In this document: in pieces, positions 20,145 through 31,330 of the stretch | How positions within the stretch are numbered: position 1 is the first letter of the stretch | Layout: every line of letters begins with the position of its first letter | Origin: Rikenellaceae bacterium DTU001 | GTDB lineage: Bacteria > Bacteroidota > Bacteroidia > Bacteroidales > DTU049 | Assembly: GCA_001512885.1 (NCBI GenBank) | Contig: LFSZ01000097.1 | Coordinates: 872 to 56,833 of the forward strand | Direction of reading: 5' to 3' | DNA length: 55,962 nucleotides | The notes under the pieces: generated by a model | Database searches by the model: none | What the model was told of the DNA's origin: nothing | What the model saw: the letters and a program-made list of their open reading frames with translations, nothing else | Translations under genes and position numbers: made by a program

Positions 20145-20165
20145 TTAAAAAAAAATAATATAAAA

Positions 20166-20897
20166 ATGAATACCTTATTATTAAGTGCTGGATTAGGAAC
20201 TAGGCTGAGACCTTTGACTAATGAGATACCGAAGGCACTAATTGCTGTAGCAGATATACCAATAATTAAACGTAATTTAGATAAATTAGCTTCTTACAAT
20301 GTCAAAAGAGTAGTAATAAATGTACATTATCTTGCCGATAAGATAATGTATTATTTATCTAATTTGCATTATGATAATATGGAAATTATAATTTCTGATG
20401 AGAGGTCTCAACTGTTAGATACTGGTGGAGCTTTATTAAAAGCTAAACCATTATTTTTAAAAAATGAACCGATATTAATACACAATGTAGATATATTGAG
20501 TGGTACGGACTTTGATAAACTTATGAAGTACAAAGAAAAAAATAAAATAGATGCTTTATTGGTAGTGCAAAATCGAAATAATCTTAGAAAATTAATATTT
20601 GATAAAAACGATAATTTGTCAGGATGGATTAATTATGATAGTTTAGATAAACAATTAACTAATGTAAATGAAAAATTTACAAAAGAATATAGTTTTTCTG
20701 GAATCAGTTTGATTTCTTATGATCTATTAGATGATATACCATTTGATGGAGTTTTTAGCATTATTACCTTATTTCTTTATTGGGCAAAACGATATAAAGT
20801 ATCTTATTACGAAGATAATGATATATATTGGTTTGATATTGGTACATTTGATACATTACAACAAGCTAATGAGTATTTTAAAAAAATAGATCGTTGA
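20166..20897 (+). CDS. Sugar-phosphate nucleotidyltransferase (MurU / mannose-1-P guanylyltransferase-like)
   Basis: The start is moved to ATG 20166 (MNTLLLSAGLGTRLRPLTNEIPKALI, the canonical G-x-G-T-R-L NTP-transferase motif). About 243 aa, a single domain. Confidence 0.8.
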   Translation: MNTLLLSAGLGTRLRPLTNEIPKALIAVADIPIIKRNLDKLASYNVKRVVINVHYLADKIMYYLSNLHYDNMEIIISDERSQLLDTGGALLKAKPLFLKNEPILIHNVDILSGTDFDKLMKYKEKNKIDALLVVQNRNNLRKLIFDKNDNLSGWINYDSLDKQLTNVNEKFTKEYSFSGISLISYDLLDDIPFDGVFSIITLFLYWAKRYKVSYYEDNDIYWFDIGTFDTLQQANEYFKKIDR

Positions 20898-20904
20898 GTT
20901 TATT

Positions 20905-21495
20905 TCAGATATCAATAGATGATAAGATTTTTAAAAAATTATTTTTTAATTTTTCTATGTTGCCTTCATTTTTTACACAGATATCTGCCATTTTACATTT
21001 GATATCTGGTGATAATTGATGTTTATCTATTTGTAAAAATCTTTTCTTACTTATTTTTTTATTTCTATATTTTTTAATCCTTTTGTATCTTAGAATTAAT
21101 GGTGCATATATACAGATAGTTAAATTACAAAATTTATCAAGTGAATATTCAAAAAGCAAAGCTCCATCTATCACTATATATTTATCATTTAAATTTTTAA
21201 TTGTATTGTCTACTAATGGAGGTAAAAACTCAAGGAATAATTCTGTTAATTGCTTAAATTTATTTTCATCTGAATAAATCTTGTCTGCTATATCTTGGGT
21301 TCTCAATCTATCATTATATATAGGATCGAAGCCTAATATATCTGTTGCTTTTCTACGAAAACTGTAATTAAAATATAAGTTTTTGGCATATAAATCCATA
21401 TCTATAACATAAAAATTGTAATCAGCAAACCATCTAGCAAAAGTACTTTTACCGCTGCCGATATTACCAGTAATGCCAATAATATATTTGTCCAT
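20905..21495 (-). CDS. coaE: Dephospho-CoA kinase
   Basis: 196 aa. P-loop IGITGNIGSGKST at the N terminus, with typical CoaE length and layout. Confidence 0.85.
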   Translation of the reverse strand: MDKYIIGITGNIGSGKSTFARWFADYNFYVIDMDLYAKNLYFNYSFRRKATDILGFDPIYNDRLRTQDIADKIYSDENKFKQLTELFLEFLPPLVDNTIKNLNDKYIVIDGALLFEYSLDKFCNLTICIYAPLILRYKRIKKYRNKKISKKRFLQIDKHQLSPDIKCKMADICVKNEGNIEKLKNNFLKILSSIDI

Positions 21496-21641
21496 TATTA
21501 TTTGATGTCAAATATTTAACACAGTCTGAATTTTTTTTTTATTTTGACAAAATTAACTAAAAAAAATCACGAAAGATATACTAAATTTTAAAACACATTT
21601 AAGGCTAATTATTACATGAATAGAATATATAATGATTTATT

Positions 21642-22928
21642 TTAATTAACATATGAATAAGTGATTACTAATTTCATACCATTATCAGATCCTTTTAATA
21701 TTACTCTATTAGGGTTTATGATAGCGCCAGCGACTCTAAGGTATAAGCCTAGATTTTCATTTTTGTTTAGTAATAAATTTTGAGTATAACGAGGTAAACG
21801 AAAACGATAATATTTTTTTTGGTTATAATAATATCCATCAAATAGTGATTCGCTAAAGATATAATCTTCTAAGTAAGCGGTTTTACCAGTAGAATCTACA
21901 ATTTTAGCTAAAGTTAATTGATTAGGTATGGGAAATTCTTTAGCAGTAGGATCATAAGAAGTTGGAATTATCAGTTCCGCCATATTTATGTTTACATTCT
22001 TACCTTTAAATTCAGACTTCAAATCTGGAAAACGTATAAAAACTTTAGTGCCAGCCATAGGTTGCAAAAATAAAATTTGTTTGCCCAAACTGGTGTCACC
22101 ATTTATTTGACTTAATAAATTGTAAGAAGCAAAAGTGTAATCATGTTCGAAATAAGAATACCATTGCAATGTAGCATCCATTTGAAATACTTCTTTTACT
22201 TTAGATAGACTACTAGTATGGTAATAAAGAGTAATATTTGACAAAATATTAGTTAGATCCCAAACAATGAGATTGCCTTGATTGTTTTCTACTACAGGTT
22301 CTACTACTATTCCATAAAAATGTTTTTGAAAAGTCTGATTATTTACCAATTTTCCCTCGAATGAAGCATCAATTATTTTTTTAGCAAAATTCAATGAAAG
22401 TGGTATTTTGAGTGTAGGAGCTGCCTTTACACTGTCTATTAATATGCTATCTATTTGTGAGGGATTAAAGGTGATTTTGCCTATAAGGTTCCCTTTTTTG
22501 ATAGGTCTATTAGAATAATAAGTACTGTCGTAATAGAGAGGTTCTCCTAATTCATAAACATTGAAAGTCATTACATCATTTTTACGAGATTTTGCATAAA
22601 TATTATTTAATTTTAAATATAGATTAATAGAATCAGGTACTGCATCCTCGCCAAATATTATATTACTTTTAGTAATCTTTAATTGACTACAAAAACTACT
22701 AGTAGTTAAACCAAATATCGGATCACGAAGGTACCCAGCTATATTATATCTGCCCCTAGAGCTTAGCAAACTATCATCTTTCAATGTATATGCTGTCAAT
22801 AAAAAGGTATCTACATTTACATTAATGCGATCACTCGGCGGATGTATTTCCAAGCCTATCTGTTCATCTTGATCACAGCTAAATAAAATTAATACAAAAA
22901 TAAATAAACAGAAAATAAACTTCTTCAC
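21642..22928 (-). CDS. Bacteroidota lipoprotein, DUF4270-like
   Basis: 428 aa with a GTG start and lipobox LILFSC. The GYLRDPIFGLTTSSF block resembles the DUF4270 signature as I remember it. Function unknown. Confidence 0.45.
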   Translation of the reverse strand: MKKFIFCLFIFVLILFSCDQDEQIGLEIHPPSDRINVNVDTFLLTAYTLKDDSLLSSRGRYNIAGYLRDPIFGLTTSSFCSQLKITKSNIIFGEDAVPDSINLYLKLNNIYAKSRKNDVMTFNVYELGEPLYYDSTYYSNRPIKKGNLIGKITFNPSQIDSILIDSVKAAPTLKIPLSLNFAKKIIDASFEGKLVNNQTFQKHFYGIVVEPVVENNQGNLIVWDLTNILSNITLYYHTSSLSKVKEVFQMDATLQWYSYFEHDYTFASYNLLSQINGDTSLGKQILFLQPMAGTKVFIRFPDLKSEFKGKNVNINMAELIIPTSYDPTAKEFPIPNQLTLAKIVDSTGKTAYLEDYIFSESLFDGYYYNQKKYYRFRLPRYTQNLLLNKNENLGLYLRVAGAIINPNRVILKGSDNGMKLVITYSYVN

Positions 22929-23184
22929 TTTTTTTATAAATTACGTTTTTGATTTATCAATATTATTTTTTTTAAAAAAAAATTAATTTTACAAATTTAT
23001 GAATTTTATTTTTTATAAATCTAATTAATAAGATATAAATTGTAATTAGATAATTTTTTATTTACACAAAAACTATATAAGTTATAAAACCGCAATATAG
23101 TAGATTTAATGAATTGTGTTGCTGTTTTTTGCAGTATTAATCTGTTATATATTAGAATATTTGTATTTTTATCAAAAATAATAA

Positions 23185-23550
23185 ATGTTTAAAAATACTA
23201 ACAAAGAAATAGGTGATTTAGGCGAAAAAATAGCAGGTAAATATTTGATAAGTAAAGGTTATGAAATAGTAGGACAAAATATTAGATGGAAAAAATATGA
23301 AATCGATTTAATAATCAAAAAAGATGATTGGCTGATATTCGTAGAGGTTAAAACTAGGAAGATGGGCGCATATATTCCTGCTATTGAAAGTATAAATAAA
23401 AACAAGCTGCAAGCCATGAGCAATTTTGCTGATAACTATATAAAAGAAATTGACTGGAATGGCAATATTAGATTCGATGCGGTTATCATTAGCTATTCAT
23501 ATTTGACGCCGCCTATAATAAAGCATATAGAAAATTTATCTATTGAATGA
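23185..23550 (+). CDS. YraN-family endonuclease-like protein (UPF0102)
   Basis: 121 aa. G..GE..A..YL...GY.I...N....YEIDLI.......FVEVKTR pattern. Confidence 0.85.
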   Translation: MFKNTNKEIGDLGEKIAGKYLISKGYEIVGQNIRWKKYEIDLIIKKDDWLIFVEVKTRKMGAYIPAIESINKNKLQAMSNFADNYIKEIDWNGNIRFDAVIISYSYLTPPIIKHIENLSIE

Positions 23551-23773
23551 AATAATTAAATCCTAATTACAATATGCAAAAGAGAGTGGGGGAGTAGGTA
23601 AAAAATCGTAGGTTGTTAGTTGAAATTTTTTGATTAATTTATGATTTTTCATTTATATATATGTATCTTTTTTAAATAAATATTTTATATTTGCTTATTA
23701 AATGGACTAAATGCTTAGTAGAAAATTGTTTATCTAAAAAAAAATAACGAATTTTGCAAATTATATTTAATTT

Positions 23774-25645
23774 ATGCAATACAAGTCTCGTCCCATACCA
23801 CGTAGTATTATTTTGTTAGCTGACATACTAATAGTAGCTTTTACTTATATATTTAGTTATTTTCTAAGATTTAATTTCAAAATTCCAATTGCAGAGCAAA
23901 ACACATTATATATAGGATTATTTGTAATAGTAGTTGTCAAATTGATTTATTTCCTATCACTTGGTACCTATAAACACCTTATACGTTTTGTGAGTGCTAA
24001 TGATGCTATTCGTATGTTTTTTAGTTTAGTTTTTAGCGTTATCACTATTTCGATTATAAATCTATTATTATATAATATAGCTCACATACCATATATAGTT
24101 CCTTTTTCTATATTAATAATTGATTTTGTATTTAGCGTTTTCTTTTTATTAGGTTATCGTTTAGCTATTAAAGTTTTGTTTTTTGAGTTTTTTAATGGAC
24201 AACGTGAAAAATCTAATGTAATTATTTATGGTGCAGGCAGAAATGGTAGTTTAGTAAAGCAAGTTTTAGAAAGAGATGCAGGGACGAAATATAAAATTTT
24301 AGCATTCATAGATGAGGATCATTATAAGCAAGGAAAGCAATTAGATGGTATTCCCATTTATAACCCAGAAAGATTAGAAGAGTTTTTAAAGAGCAATACA
24401 GTAGCACATCTTATCATTTCTATACCTAATATATCTCCTAACAAAAAAGCTTACTTGACAGAGCTATGTCTAAAGTATAAAACAAAAGTTTTGGTAGTAC
24501 CACCTGTGAGTAAATGGATTAATGGTGAATTATCTTTTAAACAAATAAAAAAAATACGTTTAGAAGATCTATTGCAAAGAGAAGAGATCAATATTGACGA
24601 GTCAGACGTATATAAAACTCTATATAATAGAATCATACTAATCACCGGAGCAGCTGGTAGTATAGGCAGTGAATTAGTGAGACAATGTATCAGGTTTAAT
24701 CCATTCAAAATTATATGCTTTGATATTGCAGAAACCCCAATGCATAATTTAAAATTAAATTTAGAAAATGAATTTACTTATGAACAATTAGAAAAAGTCC
24801 AATTTATTTTAGGTGATATTACTAATAAATATGACGTTGAGCAAATATTCAATGAATATAAACCTCAGATTATTTTTCATGCAGCCGCATACAAACATGT
24901 ACCTATTTTAGAATATTTTCCTAAAAAAGCAATTGAAATTAATGTTTATGGCACTTATCTAGTAGCAAATGCAGCAATAAAATATAATGTAGAAAAATTT
25001 ATCTTCATCTCTACTGATAAAGCTGTGAACCCCAGTAATGTCATGGGGGCTAGTAAACGATTGGCTGAGCTACTAGTAAAATATTTAAATGATACTTCCC
25101 ATACTCATTTTATTACTACGAGATTTGGTAATGTGATTGGTAGTAATGGGTCCGTATTTGAAATATTTAAACAACAAATTGAGAGTGGTGGTCCCATTAC
25201 AGTTACTCATCCCGATGTTACACGTTTTTTTATGACTATTCCAGAAGCCTGTAGACTAGTGCTAGAAGCCGCTAGCATAGGAAGGGGAGGGGAAATTTTT
25301 CTTTTTAATATGGGTGAAAGAATTAAAATATTAGATCTTGCTAAAACTCTTATTCAATTGAGTGGACTTACATTAGGTAAAGATATACAAATTAAATTTT
25401 CTGGTTTAAGACCAGGCGAAAAAATGACAGAAGAATTATTAACTGATTACTCAAGAGATATAGAAACTAAAAATAAAAATGTTTTAATCTCTTCTGAACA
25501 AATAATAGATTTAGATGATAAAGTAAAAAATATACTTTTTTTGATAAACAATTATCAGAAAATATCTAATAATGAGATTGTAGAAAATATTCAAAATATT
25601 ATACCAGAATTTAATAGTATGAATAGCTTATATTCTCGTTTATAA
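23774..25645 (+). CDS. Membrane-anchored nucleotide-sugar 4,6-dehydratase/epimerase (CapD / PglF / WbpM family)
   Basis: 623 aa. Four N-terminal TM segments, then two Rossmann regions (IYGAGRNG and ITGAAGSIGSEL) and the catalytic blocks ISTDKAV and MGASKR. Confidence 0.85.
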   Translation: MQYKSRPIPRSIILLADILIVAFTYIFSYFLRFNFKIPIAEQNTLYIGLFVIVVVKLIYFLSLGTYKHLIRFVSANDAIRMFFSLVFSVITISIINLLLYNIAHIPYIVPFSILIIDFVFSVFFLLGYRLAIKVLFFEFFNGQREKSNVIIYGAGRNGSLVKQVLERDAGTKYKILAFIDEDHYKQGKQLDGIPIYNPERLEEFLKSNTVAHLIISIPNISPNKKAYLTELCLKYKTKVLVVPPVSKWINGELSFKQIKKIRLEDLLQREEINIDESDVYKTLYNRIILITGAAGSIGSELVRQCIRFNPFKIICFDIAETPMHNLKLNLENEFTYEQLEKVQFILGDITNKYDVEQIFNEYKPQIIFHAAAYKHVPILEYFPKKAIEINVYGTYLVANAAIKYNVEKFIFISTDKAVNPSNVMGASKRLAELLVKYLNDTSHTHFITTRFGNVIGSNGSVFEIFKQQIESGGPITVTHPDVTRFFMTIPEACRLVLEAASIGRGGEIFLFNMGERIKILDLAKTLIQLSGLTLGKDIQIKFSGLRPGEKMTEELLTDYSRDIETKNKNVLISSEQIIDLDDKVKNILFLINNYQKISNNEIVENIQNIIPEFNSMNSLYSRL

Positions 25646-25674
25646 AATAAATTCATTAAATTTTTTATATAAAT

Positions 25675-28600
25675 ATGAAAATATATTTTTTTTATTCACC
25701 AGACAATCAAGGATATATAGCTGTAGAATCTACAAGATTGTCACCAAAAAATATTGATAAACTTTTGTGGTTATTTGGTGATGATGCTTTTTTATTAAAT
25801 GTAGATACTTTAGTTGGCGAATTTATTTGTACTTTCCCCGAAATGATAACTCCATGGTGTACTAATGCTGTAGAGATAGTGCACAATATAGGTATTAGTT
25901 CTATTAAAAGGATGGAAAAGCTCATTCCATATGATAAATATAAATCTACAATTTATGATCCTATGTTGCATACTATCATTTCCGATCCTTCACAAAATTT
26001 ATTTAAAATTAAAAGAAAAAAAGAACCAATCAAATATATTGATGATATCGAAAAATACAATTATGAAGCAGGATTAGCTTTATCTAAATATGAGATTGAC
26101 TATCTAAAATACATAAGCGAAACCATTGGTAGGCCGTTGACAGATTGCGAAGTATATGGATTTGCTCAAGTTAACTCCGAACATTGTCGACATAAAATTT
26201 TTAATGGAGTTTTTGTTATAGATAATATAGAGCAAAAGGAAACACTTTTCGATCTTATAAAAGCTACTACTAGAGCTAATCATGGTAAAGTAATATCCGC
26301 GTATAGTGATAATGTAGCTTTTATAGAAGCAGAAAAAAGCAAAATTTTCACTCCTGTTCGTGGCGACATGCCTTCATCATATATAGAATATGAAGAAGAA
26401 CTAGTTTATTCATTAAAAGCTGAAACACATAATTTTCCTACCACTGTAGAACCTTTTTATGGTGCTGCTACCGGTAGTGGTGGTGAGATAAGGGATAGGA
26501 TGGCTGGAGGTATTGGTAGTATACCTTTGATAGGTACAGCTGTTTATATGGTAGCTGACACTAGAAATTTTATTGAAGAAAAAAATCTTTTCGGTCAATC
26601 GAAAGGTAGATTTCTCTATCACAATCCAGTGGATACATTGATAAAAGCATCTAATGGAGCATCAGATTTTGGTAATAAATTTGGTCAACCACTAATTTGT
26701 GGAAGTTTATATACTTATGAGCAAATGATAGATGATCAATTAATAGCATATGATAAAGTGATAATGCTAGCTGGTGGTATCGGTTATGCTCTAAAAAAAT
26801 ATGCTTATAAAAAAACTGTTCGTCCTGGTCAAACTGTAGTGATGATGGGGGGAGATAATTATAGAATAGGTATGGGAGGCGGTGCAGTATCATCAGTAGC
26901 TACTGGAAAATATAATAATAGTGTTGAAAGAAATGCTATACAACGTGCTAATCCAGAGATGCAAAAACGGGTCTTCAATGTTATTCGCGCTCTCGCAGAG
27001 AATCATTTAAATCCTATCATTTCTATTCATGATCATGGTGCTGGAGGCCATCTAAACTGCTTCGCTGAGTTACTAGATCCTATAGGTGGCGAAATTAATA
27101 TCGATGCTCTACCTCTAGGTGATCCATCTCTATCAGATAAAGAAATAATATGTAATGAATCTCAAGAGAGAATGGGATTGGTAGTGGATAATAGTAATTA
27201 TGAAAAAATCGAAAAAATAGCTCTGCGTGAATGTGCCCCTATTTATAAAGTAGGGAAAATATATGCTAGTAATTCTATCTGTTTTGTCGGCAATGACAAT
27301 AGAAAACCTTTTGATCTAAAATTTGAATATTTATTTGGCAAAACTCCTAAAAAAATTATTAGAGATTATAATAAAAAATATGAATTTCATAATCCCAAAT
27401 ATAATTTGAATGAGTTCGATACGTATTTAGAAAAAGTTTTAACTAATGATGCTGTAGCATGCAAAGATTGGTTGACAAATAAAGTTGATAGAAGTGTAAC
27501 AGGTAAAGTAGCCCTCCAGCAAACTTGTGGTAAAATACAATTACCTTTAAATAATCTCGCTATAACAGCTCTAGATTATACTTCTAATACTGGTATTGCT
27601 ATCAGCATAGGTCACGCTCCCAATGTAGGAATAATAGATCCTGCTAAAGGTAGTAGGCTATCAGTAGCTGAAGCCTTGACTAATATTGTATGGGTACCAT
27701 TAAAGGATGGATTAGAAGGAATATCTCTGAGTGCCAATTGGATGTGGCCTTCAGGATTACCAGGAGAGGATGCTCGCTTATATGAAGCTGTAAAGTCTCT
27801 TAGTGACTTTTGTATAAAACTTAAAATCAATATTCCCACAGGCAAGGATTCTCTATCTTTATCACAAAATTATCCTGATGGCACAGTTGTAAAAGGTCCA
27901 GGCACAGTTGTGATAACTGCTAGTGCCCTTACTAATGATTTTACAAAAGTAGTAACTCCAGATATTAAAAATGTAGAAAATTCATCTCTTATTTTTATTA
28001 ATTTCTCTAAAATGCCTCCATCCTTGGGTGGTAGTATTTTTTATCAAGAATTAAAACAGATTGGTAATAATACTCCTGATATCGTAGATGTCGAATATTT
28101 TAAACGTGCATTTATAGTTTTACAAAATTTGATAAATCAAAATCTAGTTTTAGCTGGTCATGATGTCAGTGCAGGTGGATTGATTACTACTCTTCTAGAA
28201 ATGTCTTTTGCTAATCCAGATATTGGATTAGATATTAATCTGGCATCTATTCCTTATGATGATATCATAGCTATTTTGTTTGCCGAAAATCCAGGTGTTG
28301 TTATTCAAGTTGCTAATGTTAAGGAAGTTATAAATCAGTTATATCAAGCTGAAATGCAATACTACCCCATAGGTACAGTTATAGACAAAAGAGAACTTAA
28401 AATTATAAAATATCAAACTTATGAACATTTTGATATAGATAAATGGCGAGATATATGGTATAAAAAATCATATTTATATGATTTGCGACAAACTACATTA
28501 GATAAGGCAAAAGAAAGATTTAATAATTATAAAAAACAGCCTCTTGACTATATTTTTCCTAAAATAGAAGTCCCACAAAAATTTCCGTTTAATAAGGATA

Positions 28601-29358
28601 CAATTAAGCCTAAAGCAGCTATTATAAGAGAAAAAGGTGTAAATGGAGATAGAGAAATGGCTTATTGCCTATATTTGGCAGGTTTTGATGTGATAGATAT
28701 ACATATGACAGACATTATAAATGGCAAAATAACACTCGATGATATTTCTTTTATTGTATTTGCAGGAGGTTTTAGTAATTCAGATGTGCTAGGTTCAGCT
28801 AAAGGTTGGGCTGCTAATTTTCATTTTAATGAAAGAGCTAGATTGGAATTAGAAAAATTTTATAATAGAACCGATACATTGAGTTTGGGAGTTTGTAATG
28901 GTTGTCAATTAATGGTACACTTAGGATTATTATCTGATGATAAAACATTGCTCCCAAAGATGACATGGAACGATAGCAAAAAATTTGAAAGCAATTTCAT
29001 AACTGTAGATATACATAAATCTAATTCTATTTTATTGAAACCTCTTATTGGTTCTCGATTAGGAGTATGGATAGCTCATGGTGAAGGTAAATTTATCCTA
29101 CCTGGTAATGAAATCAATCATAATATAGTTATGAAATATTCATACCATAAATATCCAGCTAATCCTAATGGCTCTGATTATGATACTGCAGCTATTGCTT
29201 CACCAGATGGCAGACATCTAGCTATGATGCCACACATAGAACGTTCGATATTTAGTTGGCAATGGGCATATTATCCCAATGACTTGAAAAAAAATGTTTT
29301 TACTCCATGGATAATGTCTTTTATAAGTGCTTATGATTGGATAACAAAAAAAAAGTAG
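25675..29358 (+). CDS. purL: Phosphoribosylformylglycinamidine synthase, single-chain large type
   Basis: 1227 aa. The ETHNFPT and GGEIRD blocks of the FGAM synthetase core, and a C-terminal glutaminase domain with nucleophile GVCNGCQLM and MMPHIER. Confidence 0.95.
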   Translation: MKIYFFYSPDNQGYIAVESTRLSPKNIDKLLWLFGDDAFLLNVDTLVGEFICTFPEMITPWCTNAVEIVHNIGISSIKRMEKLIPYDKYKSTIYDPMLHTIISDPSQNLFKIKRKKEPIKYIDDIEKYNYEAGLALSKYEIDYLKYISETIGRPLTDCEVYGFAQVNSEHCRHKIFNGVFVIDNIEQKETLFDLIKATTRANHGKVISAYSDNVAFIEAEKSKIFTPVRGDMPSSYIEYEEELVYSLKAETHNFPTTVEPFYGAATGSGGEIRDRMAGGIGSIPLIGTAVYMVADTRNFIEEKNLFGQSKGRFLYHNPVDTLIKASNGASDFGNKFGQPLICGSLYTYEQMIDDQLIAYDKVIMLAGGIGYALKKYAYKKTVRPGQTVVMMGGDNYRIGMGGGAVSSVATGKYNNSVERNAIQRANPEMQKRVFNVIRALAENHLNPIISIHDHGAGGHLNCFAELLDPIGGEINIDALPLGDPSLSDKEIICNESQERMGLVVDNSNYEKIEKIALRECAPIYKVGKIYASNSICFVGNDNRKPFDLKFEYLFGKTPKKIIRDYNKKYEFHNPKYNLNEFDTYLEKVLTNDAVACKDWLTNKVDRSVTGKVALQQTCGKIQLPLNNLAITALDYTSNTGIAISIGHAPNVGIIDPAKGSRLSVAEALTNIVWVPLKDGLEGISLSANWMWPSGLPGEDARLYEAVKSLSDFCIKLKINIPTGKDSLSLSQNYPDGTVVKGPGTVVITASALTNDFTKVVTPDIKNVENSSLIFINFSKMPPSLGGSIFYQELKQIGNNTPDIVDVEYFKRAFIVLQNLINQNLVLAGHDVSAGGLITTLLEMSFANPDIGLDINLASIPYDDIIAILFAENPGVVIQVANVKEVINQLYQAEMQYYPIGTVIDKRELKIIKYQTYEHFDIDKWRDIWYKKSYLYDLRQTTLDKAKERFNNYKKQPLDYIFPKIEVPQKFPFNKDTIKPKAAIIREKGVNGDREMAYCLYLAGFDVIDIHMTDIINGKITLDDISFIVFAGGFSNSDVLGSAKGWAANFHFNERARLELEKFYNRTDTLSLGVCNGCQLMVHLGLLSDDKTLLPKMTWNDSKKFESNFITVDIHKSNSILLKPLIGSRLGVWIAHGEGKFILPGNEINHNIVMKYSYHKYPANPNGSDYDTAAIASPDGRHLAMMPHIERSIFSWQWAYYPNDLKKNVFTPWIMSFISAYDWITKKK

Positions 29359-29461
29359 AATAATAAAAGCATTAAAAATTTTACATACTAATTATTAGTA
29401 GTTAAAAAAAATCATTCTGTTTTCAATTTCCCTTAGTCTAGTGTTGTTTTTTTGTATTTAT

Positions 29462-30049
29462 TCAAATAGTTAAAAAATTATTCAATTGGTCCAAAGTATG
29501 AAAAGTATAATTTTTTTCAAGAGCTAATTCTATTAGATATGGTAATAATAAATCTTTTTTTCTAACTGCATTTTCATTATCATGAAATACAATAATAGCA
29601 CCTGGTTTTAATTTATTTTCAATTAATTTTTTTTCTTTTTCTATATTTCTACTATTATCAAAATCATAAACCATTAAGCTCCATAAAACTATTTTATTAG
29701 TTTTTTTCAAATGTAAATATTGTAATGGTGAGAGTTTACCATAAGGTGGTCTAAAAATTTTACTATTAGTAATATTTTCTCCGAGTTTTACATTTAATAA
29801 ATAATCATTTAATTTAGTTTTCCATCCATTTATATGTAAAAATGAATGATTTGCTATGTAATGCCCTTCAGTTTTTATTTTTAAAGACAATTCTTTATTT
29901 TTTAATATTTTTTCTCCAATACAAAAAAATGTTGCTTTTATTCCATATTTATCTAAAATATTTAAAGTATTAGGAGTAGATATATCACAAGGTCCATCAT
30001 CAATTGTTAAAAAAATAATTGGTTTATCTGTTTTTATTTTAAAAATCAT
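29462..30049 (-). CDS. Polysaccharide deacetylase (NodB homology domain)
   Basis: 195 aa. FLTIDDGP (TFDDG-type motif 1), NHSFLH (motif 2) and RPPYG (motif 3). Confidence 0.8.
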   Translation of the reverse strand: MIFKIKTDKPIIFLTIDDGPCDISTPNTLNILDKYGIKATFFCIGEKILKNKELSLKIKTEGHYIANHSFLHINGWKTKLNDYLLNVKLGENITNSKIFRPPYGKLSPLQYLHLKKTNKIVLWSLMVYDFDNSRNIEKEKKLIENKLKPGAIIVFHDNENAVRKKDLLLPYLIELALEKNYTFHTLDQLNNFLTI

Positions 30050-30073
30050 CTTTACATATTTAATAATTTATTA

Positions 30074-31255
30074 TTAATCGATATTTCTACCTTTTTGCAA
30101 TTTAATATGACATATTTGAGATGAAAAACCAAAACGAAAATTAATAGCTACATGCCCCAGACCTGTATTAATAATTATTTTATTATTTTTATCATTTTTA
30201 TACAATCCGCCCGACTTGCCATTTATGCTCGCAAAAGATAACCTCAATTTACTATTTATAAAAAAACCAAATTGCCCCCCATGGGTATGTCCCGAAAGTG
30301 TTAATGGAATATCGTCAAATAAACCTTCAGACCAATAAAATGGATCATGAATCAAAACTATTGAAAATAAATTATTAGGTATTTGATCAATAACTTTGTA
30401 AATATTACCATATACAGTAAATGGAGGTTTGCCATAATTATTTAATCCAATAAAAACTATTGTATCATGGTTTTTTGCTACAAAATACAAGCTATCTCTT
30501 AGTACTGTAAATCCACATTCTTTTAGAATCGAAGAAATAGAATCAGCTAATTTCATATTTGGTTGTAATTTATCTTTACCCCAGTAATGACTAAATTTAT
30601 GAAAATCGTGATAATCATGATTGCCAAGGATTGCTAATTTAATTGGAGCTTTCATATTTTTTAAGCATTCTTTATGTATTGGTTTGATTTCTTTTGTACT
30701 CGAATTTACTAAATCTCCAGTAAAAATTATTGCATCAGGGTTTAAATTATTAATTTTTGATGTTGTTTTTTTTAATTTGTTATCAGAAACAAAAGAACCT
30801 AAATGTAAATCAGAAATATGAGCGATGGTGAAGCCATCAAAAGAATTTGGTAAATTTTCATATTTAAGAATATAATTTTTTATTGTTATTTTATTAGAAT
30901 AAATTAAGTTACCAACCATACTCAAAATAACTACTATAAAGGCAATTTTAACTGCATATATTTGTATTTTTTCTCTAATATTACCATTAAAAAACCATCC
31001 AATAAAATGAATAATACTATAAAACGTACAAAAGATAAATATATATAAATAAAAAGCACCCAAAATAGTAGAAAGACCTGAACTAAAAACTACAAAATTA
31101 ATTATCAATTCATACAATATCACAATACCTATGATTATGAGCCAGCCATAATACCACTTTTTTTTCTTAATTTGAGGTGGAGAAAAATAAAATGAATATA
31201 AAAACAAAAATATTGCAAGAATAAAAATTGATAACATATAAGTACGTAAAGTCAT
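30074..31255 (-). CDS. Membrane-anchored metallophosphoesterase
   Basis: 393 aa. About four N-terminal TM helices, then ISDLHLG, GDLVN, GNHDY and GHTHGGQ calcineurin-like motifs. Confidence 0.8.
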   Translation of the reverse strand: MTLRTYMLSIFILAIFLFLYSFYFSPPQIKKKKWYYGWLIIIGIVILYELIINFVVFSSGLSTILGAFYLYIFIFCTFYSIIHFIGWFFNGNIREKIQIYAVKIAFIVVILSMVGNLIYSNKITIKNYILKYENLPNSFDGFTIAHISDLHLGSFVSDNKLKKTTSKINNLNPDAIIFTGDLVNSSTKEIKPIHKECLKNMKAPIKLAILGNHDYHDFHKFSHYWGKDKLQPNMKLADSISSILKECGFTVLRDSLYFVAKNHDTIVFIGLNNYGKPPFTVYGNIYKVIDQIPNNLFSIVLIHDPFYWSEGLFDDIPLTLSGHTHGGQFGFFINSKLRLSFASINGKSGGLYKNDKNNKIIINTGLGHVAINFRFGFSSQICHIKLQKGRNID

Positions 31256-31330
31256 AAATGAGAAGTTTTTACAAAAATATGATTTTTTCTGATTTTGATA
31301 AAAATAGAAAAATATTATGAATGTTTTTAA

